NCBI GenBank assembly: GCA_024137785.1
Contig: JAHRHZ010000111.1
Span: 34,731,830-34,795,450, forward strand
Direction of reading: 5' to 3'
Length of the DNA stretch: 63,621 nucleotides
DNA from: Ginglymostoma cirratum
Taxonomy: Eukaryota
Of the stretch, positions 53,381-63,621 are shown in pieces (the first letter of the stretch is position 1; every line of letters begins with the position of its first letter). The position numbers were made by a program, and so were the translations under genes. The notes under the pieces are model-generated. The model made no database searches. It worked only from the letters and a program-made list of their open reading frames with translations, and was not told the DNA's origin.

Positions 53381-55194
53381 TCAATTTGCTTTTATATTCT
53401 ATTCGTCAATTTATATATCCATAATTCCCAGAGGCCTTTTAAATATTGTCTCCTGTCATTTTCTAAGAATTTTTGAATACAAACAAGAGGTTTCCTCATC
53501 TCATCCAAGCTTTTCAAAACTCAATCATGACAGCGTGGTCTCTCGGAAATGCATCTCTACACTTTTATCTGCATTATTTTCCATTTTGACATTTATCTGT
53601 CGACCATCGTCTAGAAGTCTACAATTATGCTTATCACTCCTTCTTTGCCAAGTTTTGTATTGTTGCAAACTTCATCATGTTTAGATTAAAAGATTAGACA
53701 ATGTATTTTCAAAGTTGCTGCTTCATACTTTTTATCATAAATGATTTTATTTGCATTTCCACCTCATGCTTTTAAACTATTTTCACTCCTCTAATCCTCT
53801 TGTGGAGAAGTGGTATAAGGACGTGATGGTGGAAATTCAGGCGAATAGAGGAAGGAAGATATGAGTCAGATCCCTGCAGGAATAATAAGAATTGCTAGCG
53901 AGTATGAACTTCCCCTGAGTAACTGCCCCTGCTGCCTGGATCCTTGTGTGAAAACCTTCATCCTGGAACTCAAGTTAATTTTGGGGCTGGATATGTGCAA
54001 GCTACCTCAACAGTTGGCCCGGAAATTTTTGAACAGGTCAACACCTGGTGTAACGTCTTGTAGAATAACAACTCCGTAACTAACTTCAACAATGAATGCT
54101 CCCCAAACTGGCCCACTGTTAATGTGCTCCTTCCCCTACCCCATATCAACCATGCACTAACACATACCTTTCCTTTCTCAAGATCAGAAGAAATGGGCGG
54201 TAGTGTTAGATCAGGAAATTCTTTGCTGCAGTGTTTTGCAGGTGACCATAAGATTAAGGTTAATTTTTCACAGCACCAGAACTCCCAATGAACTTCTGTC
54301 TCTCAATGTGATTTTTAAGCCCCATCAGGAAGTAGCAGCTGGTCCTCTATACAATGTATAATGTTCTAAAGGGGACAGAAGAAACCATACTATCGATTCC
54401 CCAAGTATTTCAACCCTACCCTGAGTTCCTCTTACACTCTTCCCCTCAATTTATACCCCAGTCTCAGCTCTGCGGAGCAATCATTCAGCTGCCATTGCAT
54501 GGTCAGTAAAGTGTGACTCAACACTTGTTGAAAATGGTTTGACCCTCCCAATAGGGGCATCAGCCAGCCACCAAACACTGAATGGATTTTCATCATGGAT
54601 AAATATTGTGTTTTCCCCACCAACCCACACCTCGCTCGTGATTCTTTCATCAATCTCTTAGCAACTGTTTGGTGAAATTCTTCATTCAGTTTTTCCACCT
54701 GATTGAGTAGCAGAATTGTAAAGTCATGAACAGACATTAGTCCCATCATATGTGCTTCACTCTGACTGACAACCTCTTTGTCTTGTTTACACAGTGGAGC
54801 TTTCGGTAGCAGGGTTTGAGGGTCTTTCAACCAGTAAATGTAAACACAGTTGCTGGTGTTCTGCCAGCATTATTTATCTGGTTCCAGGCTTTGAATGATG
54901 AATCTGCTGAGAAAGAGCAGCAGTGCAATTATCAGCTCATTACTATGTACCCCATGGATAGAAAATAAATTCTGAAATCAAACCTTCAACATAAATCTCT
55001 TTATTTATTTTTCAGACGACCTTTAGTTGCAAAAGACTGGATAATGCATTTTGGAAGGATCAGAAAGTGTGTAATTTATTTAAACGTATCCTGCACTGTT
55101 TTTGTTATTAAGTGCTCGAAAGAGTAATGTTTACTTCTGCTACGTGGGTAATTAGCTGCATTAAGAGATTGCTATGGAGGCCCAGCAGAGATGG

Positions 55195-55414
55195 CATAGT
55201 GATTTTAATGAGGTCAGAATATGATTTTGCTGATTGGGACTGTTAATGTGGTCCAATCAGGGAGCCCTGGCTGACAGATAAGAACGGGAGCGTCCAGACA
55301 TTCTGTTCACTCTGGGACCTGGCTCTGAGGGAGCTGGATCAGTGTCAAGGACTCTCCACCTGCAAATAAAGGGTGACTAGGTGATGGGATATTGGCCTCT
55401 GTGGAGTTATTTCA
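55195..55414 (+). mobile_element. Solo LTR
   Basis: 220 bp, ends ...TTTCA, contains AATAAA (~55365); 5-bp TSD GATGG at 55190-55194 and 55415-55419; 5' end reads CA rather than TG. Confidence 0.6.
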
Positions 55415-56811
55415 GATGGAGCTAATGTCCTGCACTGCAGTTGACACCAGAGGAATAGTAATGACAAGCAGCAGATCTGTGAGTTTCCAGTGCCTTGGAG
55501 CTCCTGGAAGTATGACTACAAGAGGGCCAAACTATCACTCTCTCCAAGTCAGAAAAATTATCAAACCGAACTTGGGAGAAACTTCTATGAATATTAAGAT
55601 ATTCACTGGGGACTGAGGGGACAGAAGGTTTGACTCCAGCTGTCCAGTGGACACAGTTTCGAGGCAGACGTAGGAATTGCTGGGAATCGAGGAAAGCTTT
55701 TAATATTCTCTCTCTGTGTTCTAGGACTTTGGCCTAGTTGTATAATTTAAACATTTCCACACTCTTGCCCTTTCACACCCACCATAAAACTTCCCATTAC
55801 CTTTCTGTGTCACTTCCTGATATCTCATGCCCCACTGCACACTCCCAAAGACTGTTCATGGTCTCCATGCCAACTTAGAGATGATAGGTGCCTACCCTAA
55901 GCCCGCACACATTATCCTTAGCCAATTCCCCCAGCATCCACCACGCTCAGACCTTAAGATCCATGCTGAGATGCAATAGCAAATTTAAATATCCCTTATA
56001 AGCTTCTATACTTCAAGTAAAGCTCTCATTCAGAAAAAACCCATTTGAATACCCACAAGTTTTTATTTGATAAAGTAAATATCTATATTCAGAGCTCACA
56101 TCAAAGACAGAAATTAATTTAGAGCTGTTAATCAAACTGAACTTAAACCACCACCATCACCCCACTGTGATAAAGATGGGTTATGGAAGCACTCAGTATT
56201 AATCCTGCCATGATAATCTCATTGAATAAACATGTACTAAAATTGCAAGCACTGATGTTTTTCCACCTGGCTCACAGCAAGACTTTTTCAAAGTTTACAG
56301 GATAGTGTATTTAAACAATTAACAGTATCACAGACCTTATCCACTGTTTTAAAGCATTTGTGTTTGTCAGCAGTAAAGCTATGTGATTGTCTCTGAAGAA
56401 CATCAGCAGGTTTTTCTCAAAGTTGTCATGCCTACAACACACTCTTTCCACATAACCAATCCGCTCACCATGCTACAAACTTAGAATAGCCTTTATTGTC
56501 AAATGTACTCAAATGGGTGCAGTGAAAAGTTTGTAACGTCGCCTTTTGATTACATCTTTGGTAGAGACGACTTAGGTACAGATACTTTTAAGTGTAATTA
56601 CAGAGTGAGAAAAGACATAGTGCTGTTACAGAGTTAAAAAAAGGAGTAGCATGGGAACAGTTGAAAAAGTCCAGAAAGATAATAAGTGACAACAAGTCAA
56701 TGCCTGCTGGCCCCAGAGCATAAGGCCAGGCTGCCCATACATGCTGGCCTCCATCCAGGACTTGGTCTGCTTCCTCACTAGAATTGGCCTGTTCACTCTG
56801 CTGCTGCCGTC

Positions 56812-57078
56812 GGTCTCAGCCCGTGCTCCCTCCACTGGGAGACTCGGCCCAGGCTCACTCCACTGGGGGACTCAGACCGCACTCACTCCACTGGGGGACT
56901 CAGACCGCACTCACTCCACTGGGGGACTCGGCCCACGCTCGCTCCACTGGGGTACTCGGCCCGGACTCACTCCACTGGGGTCTTGGCCCGCGCTCGCTCC
57001 ACTGGGGGACTCGGTCCGCACTCACTCCACTGGGGGACTCGGCCCACGCTCGCTCCACTGGGGTCTCAGCCCGCGCTC
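56812..57078. repeat. GC-rich minisatellite, 28-bp unit, about 9.5 copies
   Basis: ctccactggg recurs at 56830, 56858, 56886, 56914, 56942, 56970, 56997, 57025, 57053. Confidence 0.95.
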
Positions 57079-58799
57079 CTCATCCATCATTTCACTGACG
57101 GTGTGGTCACATGCAAGCATTTCACACATGAAAAGTCCTTTCTCACCACTATTCTGACAATCTTGGGAATTTATTTCTGGACCCTAACCTTATCACATTT
57201 ATCAGTGAAGGAAAAATAATTATGTAGATCGTGGAATGAAGGCAGATGAGAGGTAGAATGGGATGGTTCCTATTCCCCCTAACTTCAATTTCCATTGCTC
57301 TGTGCTCTACACAGGTCTTTGCAAGCCAGATGTGAAGATATGATTAAAGGTAAACAATGGTAAGCAGCATTCAATTGTCAAGAACAGGGTACAATAGCAA
57401 TTGACGTCCTGAGGCAGTTTGTCTCCTACAACCTTAGGTACTAGAAATGCATCATCTATGTGCACACACATTGCAGTAAACGAACTTTTCCATTTCCAAA
57501 GCCATCTGACAGTTGATGAAGTGGTGCGTATTTCATCCTTGAAGGATATCAGCTCACATACTAAAGTCTCCTTTCATAGCAGTGTCTCTCACTCTGCACA
57601 GAAGGAAACAGTTGCAGACTCTGAACACCTGAAATAATTTCAGAAAATTCTGAAAGCTCTCCTCAGACCATGCAGCATTGTTGATAAATAAACAAAATTG
57701 TTTATTTCAGTTTCTATGGTCTTTCATCAGGACCAGTCCTGCACTATTTTCTTCCTGCCATATCCAAATTAAAGTAACCTTAAAAATATCACTCTTTCTA
57801 TTTTTAGGAGAATTTAATTGGGGATTGAGTATGTAACCCAAGTTTTAATGACAGAGGGCTAACACTGAAAATATCATTACACAGCTTGGTGGTGTTGTCA
57901 ATTAAATAATTGCTTGCAATGGTATCAGAAAATAATGGTCCAGGACAACAAAGTGGTGACAGCAAGCTGCTTGGTAATGAGTAACATATTTACGTTGCCA
58001 ATTTCGCTCAAGTCATAAAACCTTTGCTGCATCATTATGCCAATCATGAGTCTGTAGAATTGACAATCAAAACTTCATTTATATCATTTTGATGTGTTTT
58101 CACTCGAGTACAAAATAAATTAAATAGTTCTGAATAACTGTGTCCACCTTGTGTTAATCCCTTCCAAAAATATCCCTGACAACTTGTAGGTCCTGTTTCT
58201 GACATCTGACTTTCGTCTTAATATTCTGCTCCAATTGTTGGCACTCCCCATTTAAGTTATGATAGAATGTTGATTTCTGTGGCAGCATGTCTATTTTTAT
58301 TCTCATTGTCAATCTGAATAATCATTGGTGGGTCTCCAGTGGGTCCACCAAATGCACTGACTCTTGGGAGACTTAGGATTAGAATTCTGGCCAATGAACA
58401 GCTTCCACTGCATGTTCACTAGCGCAAAGGCAGAGTTGAACTGCTCTGCACTGTTTCCAGTTCCTTGACAAGATACATACTGCTAAAACTCAATGATCTT
58501 TTTTGTTCATGTACCTTACATGTTTGGTTTATAGTTTGAGAGAATCTTTGCACCAATGCATCAGCTGTCCTTAATATCCATTCAAATAAATACATTTTCA
58601 ATACAACTCTTTTAGTTACCTAGCTCTTCGAATTTCTTCATTATTTTCCCTGCTCAATTCATCCTGTTCTAATGGCACTAAATCTCTATTGCTTTCCAGC
58701 ATATTTTTACATCTTAAACCCTTTTCTAAATCCTCTCCAGTTCAGTAATTTCCTTCCTTTAACAGGGCGACAAGAATTGCACATGCTACTCCAGAAGTA

Positions 58800-60715
58800 T
58801 GCTGAGTAGGAAAGATACAAAGACTAGCAAAGGGTCCCAAAGCAGCTTAAAAGCGATACTAAAAGGGATTATGAAAGGAAACTTGCAAGAGACTTCAAAA
58901 TCAATAAGAAGGAACGTTATAGTTGGATAAAGGGAAACAGGTGGTCAAGGACAATGTTGGCCGACTGAAGACTGAATGTGGCGATCAATGTGGGGAAATG
59001 GCAGACGTGCTGAATAAATACTTTACCTCAGTATTTCCATACGGAGAGCAGGATAGCTTACCAGAAGTCTTGAGGAAGTTAACAGTGGATCGGGGACTGG
59101 GACTGAATAAGTTTAATGTAATGATAGCAATGAGGAAATAAATGGAATTATAGAGTGACAAAGCCCCAAGACCTGAAAGTTTCCATCTGAGGGTGTTAAA
59201 GGAAGTAGGGGAGAACATTGTAGATATTATAACTATAATTTTTCAGAGTTCCCGAGATACAGGATTAATCCCTTTGGATTGGAAAGTTGCGCAATTCATT
59301 CTGCTTTTTAAGAAGGGCTAAAGAGGAAAACCAGGGAATTATCGCTAGTTAGCCTAACATCTGTAATGGGGAAATTGTTGGAATCAATAATCAAGGATGG
59401 GGTAACTGAATACCTCAAAACATTTCAGTTAATCAGGGAAAGCCAACATGAATTCATTACACGTAGGTCATCCCTTACAAGCCTGATTGAATTTTTTGGG
59501 AAGATGATTCATTTAGTTGACAGAGGAATGTCTATGGATGTTGTTTATATGGGTTTCCATAAGGCATTTGATAAAATCCCACACAAGAGATAAAAGCCCA
59601 AGGAACTGAACACAAATTACTGATATGGCTGGGAAATTGGCTAAGTGACAGGCAACAGAAAGTAGGGATAATAGGTAGGTGCTTAAATTGGCAGGGTATA
59701 ACCTATGGAGTCCCACAAGGATCTGTGTTAGGGCCTCAATTATTCACATTATTTATTAGAGGTTTGGGTAATGGTATAGGAAGTCATATCTCCAAACTGG
59801 CATCTGACACAAAGTTAGCCAGCAGTGTAGACAGTGCAGAGATAGAATAAAATTACAAAGGGATATTGATAGATGAAGTGAATGGACAGTGTAGCAGATG
59901 GAGTTCAAAGTAAGCAGGCATGAGGTTATCCATTTTGGATTGAAAAAAGATAGATCAGGGTGCTTTGTAGATAGTATGAAGTTAAATACAGTGGATGCCC
60001 AAAGAAAGTTGGGCGGTCAGGTGCATAGATCTTTAACGTGGCACAATCAGTTGCAGAAAATAACCAAGAAAGCTAATACAATGTGGGTCTTTATATCTGC
60101 TGGGCTGGAGCACAAAGATACAGAATTTATGTTGCAGTTATACAAAACGCTGGTTAGACTCCAAATGGAGCACTATGAGCAGATTTGGCACCAAATCTTA
60201 GGAAGAATATATTGGCCTTGGAGGGAGTACAACAAAGGTTTACACAAATGATACCTGGACTTCAGGGCCTAAATAATGAAGCGAGATTATACAAAGTAGG
60301 CCTGTTTTCTCTTGATTTTGGAAGGTTAGGAGGTGATCTGATCAAAGTTTTTGAGATATTAACATGAAAAGACAGAGTAGATAAAGATAAACTATTTCTA
60401 TTGGTTGGAGACTCCAGAACTATGGATGTAGTCTGAGAATTCGGGCCAGACTGTCCAGGAAAGATGTTAGGAAGCGTGTCTACACACAAAGGGTGTAAGG
60501 GGTTTGGAACTCTCTTCCACAAAAGACAGTAGATACTGGATCAGCTGTTAATTTTAAATCTGAAACAGCATTTTTTTTTTTTGTTAAGCAAAGGTGTCAA
60601 GAGCTATGGACCAAAGGCAGGTATATAGAGTTAGACAAAAGATGAGCAATGATCTCATTGTATTGTGGAACAGGCTTGAGGGGCTGAATGGCCTACTCCT
60701 GTTCCTGTGTTCCTA
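58800..60715 (+). mobile_element. CR1 LINE 3' 1.9 kb, decayed
   Basis: EMADVLNKYFTSVF; MDVVYMGFHKAFDKIPH; GVPQGSVLGPQLF; LYKTLVR; cctgttcctgtgttcctat tail. Confidence 0.9.
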
Positions 60716-62539
60716 TATGGCAAGATTTTCATTACAGAAATAACACATAGCAAACTTATTTCAGTTTTTGTAATCAATGCAAACTGTCATGTCAATCTTA
60801 ATGATCAACTCTTGTTAATTTGTATAATAATATGAACGATGAGAGTAATGGTAAGTGGGAAATGTAGATCTCTTCTGTTACTTCAAAAAGTCCTAACAAG
60901 GATGATCAGTCATCCTCTCTATACACCGGAAATTAATACTTCAGCTAGTCTGTGTTAAAAAATGTGCAATATTCATACATCAGGCATAACTGATATTTGT
61001 AAATATTTCTCAGTCGCTAATGCAATATTGGAAACTAGATAAACTGTCTTATGAAAGCATGATTTATTTCTGGATGTTTATTGCCAAGTTTGACTATTTT
61101 CGTTTGAGATGCACACACTATCAAGATCATTAATCTTCATTTTCTTTGTTTACTAGATTTAACATCTGTGCTGATTACTATCTTTGTATTGGCCTAGCTC
61201 TTTCATAGTCAACCCAAAGTTGACGCAAGCTAAATCATTATTACGGGTCAGGGAGACTGTATCATTTGACAAGAAGTTTGGATTCTGGACAGGGTCCCAG
61301 CTTCTAAGAAGAAAGCTACCTCCACAGCTGAAAAAAGACCCAGCAATCACTGCTGTACCAGGCTAGGAAAGACAAACTATTCAATTTTGTAGGCTCAGTT
61401 AGAGACCAAGCTTAGTGGACAGGAGGCTTCAATAAAGCCTGTCCCTCATTCAGAACACCTGAAGGTGTAAATTCATCTTGGACAATGACACAAAGCTAGT
61501 AGTATATAATATCTGTTTATATGCAACTACTGATATTAATCCTGTTGACTAAGGTAGAGGTCAACTTTAACAATAAAGGTTGAATTCAAGTAATGTGAGC
61601 AATAGTGAATTTGTATTCCCTGAAGATAGTACCTTTAACAGTGGTTGCATGCTTTGATCACACCGATGAGCAGCAATACCAGAGTGGTAGCATGTCGACA
61701 TCACATCCAATTGGTGCAGGTTAATTACACTTTCTGATTCCCTCAATCCAATTTACTCCTGTCCTACCCCAGTCTTTAAAGTAAAGCAGGAGACATTATA
61801 ATATGTCTCAGTTAGGCAAGTGACATTTTAAGGTTTTATTTATTCAATTTCCAATAAAACATTCTAACTGCTACTGAATGCTAATAATATGTTTCAGATT
61901 TTGATTAATCATTGTTGAACAGTTTCAATGCCTTTGGAGATTCCACCCTTAGAAGTGACAGGTTTGATCATCATCATATTCATTGCAGGAACTTTACAAT
62001 GAGTTGGCCTTCTCTGCAGTATATTTTGTAGAGAAAACAGTGTTCAAGATACAGACACAACTCCTGGCAAAGATTGTCCTTTCTTCATTTTTAAGAGCCA
62101 ATGGATTTTCTCGCTATCTGCTACAGGGGAAGAGACGATTCTGAAGTGAACTTTCAATTTGAAATGTGCTAAGCCTCTGCAAACTTTGAAGTAACACATT
62201 GGATTTTCTGACTGCTAATAATGAGGCACATGGTCTCAGGGTGACCACGCTGACCACCCTATCACTAAAATAGACACTTGATCCTCGCTAAAATTCCAGT
62301 TCCTGGATAATTTTTACATCGGAGGTGGATATTCAGTTTCTGTTCATTTGGGTAATGCTGAAACTGAACTGGAAAATTCCAGTGACAGAGATCAGTGGAT
62401 TCTGAGTTGCTGACATAACGGTTCAAAAATATTAAATATTATTAATAAGATCTCAAGAAAAGCGGAACAAGTTGAGCTCAGCGAATTCCCGCCCATCATT
62501 GTTCTTTCAATCACCAGCTAGTGATGGAGGGTACAGAAA

Positions 62540-62885
62540 GAGGTGACAAGGTGGCTCAGTGGTTAGCCCTGCTGCCTGACGGTGCCAGGGTTCTGGATTT
62601 GATGCCAGCATTGGGGGACTGTCAGTGTGAGTTTGCACATTCTCTCCATATCTCTGGGTGCTCCGGTTTCCTCCTGCAGCCTAAAGATGTGCAGGTTAGG
62701 TGAACTGGCCAAGATAAATCGTCCATGGTGTCCACGGATGTGTAGGCTAGGTGGATCAGCTATAATAAATGTGGGGTTACAGGATATGGTATGGTGGTGG
62801 GTCTGCGTGGAATGCTCTTCAGAAGTCAGTGTGGACTCAATGGGCCAAATGTCCTCCAACTGTACTGTAGGAATTTTGTGATAGA
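62540..62885 (+). mobile_element. HE1-type V-SINE
   Basis: gtggctcagtggttagccctgctgcct...gagtttgcacattctc...ccggtttcctcc. Confidence 0.85.
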
Positions 62886-63081
62886 AAAAAAATTGAAAGT
62901 GTGATGTATGTAAGGTCACCTTAGTTCATTCCACCTAAAGTGATGCTCATTCTTTGCCTCTGAATAGGCAATTCTTTAAAAATTAAACCAAGGATTTCAC
63001 TTCCATTTTCTTAGTTTTTTTTTATTGTGAAACAGAACTCCTCAGGTATCACAAATTACCTGCATTACTAAATTGAACAGA

Positions 63082-63284
63082 CCCACGCCTTGTTATCTCG
63101 GATTCTCCAGCATCTGCAGTACCTTTTATCTCTGTTCTACTTCAGCTGTTTGATTGGAGAGAGATAATAGGTACTGCAGATGCTGGAGAATCCAAGATAA
63201 CAAGGCGTGGGGCTGGATGAACACAGCAGGCCAAGCAGCATCATAGGAGCAGGAAAGCTTGACGTTTCGGGCCTAGATCAGACC
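63082..63284. mobile_element. Two young PLE terminal-repeat fragments (63082-63134 plus, 63160-63284 minus)
   Basis: Same family as 19966-20759; 16-bp direct repeat CTTCAGCTGTTTGATT at 63140-63155 and 63285-63300. Confidence 0.85.
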
Positions 63285-63511
63285 CTTCAGCTGTTTGATT
63301 AACTGGATAGAAGAATGACATTTTATTCTCAAATTTCTGTAAGGTCACATTACAGATCTGTGATTTGTTTTGGGCTTATGCAATTTGTAAATATGAATCT
63401 GGAAAATGGATGTATGATATAGCCCAAGCTCTACATTACAAATGTTTGTGCTTCAGGTTTAAAAACTACTGCTTCATGGACCACCTACAGAAACCAACAT
63501 GACAAAATTCA

Positions 63512-63621
63512 GAGATAACAAGCATGGGGCTGGATGAACACAGCAGGTCAAGCAGCATCATAGGAGCAGGAAAACTTGACGTTTCAGGCCTAAACCCTTC
63601 ATCAGAACGTCAAGTTTTCCT
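63512..63621. mobile_element. Young fold-back PLE terminal repeat, cut by the window end; hammerhead core at 63574-63607 (minus)
   Basis: Reverse complement UU CUGAUGA A GGG UUUAGG CCU GAAA CGUC AAGU; orientation flips at ~63606 (aacgtcaagttttcct). Confidence 0.85.

Noticed and set aside
56812-57078. CRISPR-like periodic array
   Set aside because: Units are contiguous 28-bp repeats with no unique spacers, there are no cas genes, and the context is vertebrate
56741-57157. Repetitive-peptide ORFs (SLHWG/STGGLG)
   Set aside because: Translation of a stop-poor 28-bp minisatellite whose unit is not a multiple of three
62332-62369. Small hairpin ttcagtttc...gaaactgaa
   Set aside because: A 9-bp stem is expected by chance in 63 kb, and it has no other support

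Overview
Vertebrate genomic DNA, almost certainly a cartilaginous fish (shark or ray), judged from HE1/V-SINEs and shark-type CR1 and Penelope-like elements (PLEs). I find no supportable host protein-coding exon, tRNA/rRNA gene or CRISPR array, so the window looks intronic or intergenic. It is packed with decayed retroelements: CR1 LINEs, a CR1/L2-group LINE and its partner SINE, HE1 SINEs, a short tRNA-SINE, a solo LTR, GIY-YIG PLEs and PIF/Harbinger remnants. The main hidden structure is about 13 minimal type-I hammerhead-ribozyme motifs (CUGANGA-N-stem II-GAAA-palindromic helix III-UH) in the terminal repeats of four PLE-type families, with covarying stems. Many sit in tiny TSD-flanked solo or fold-back insertions whose breakpoints fall at the ribozyme. 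All calls were made by eye, and boundaries of old repeats are approximate.
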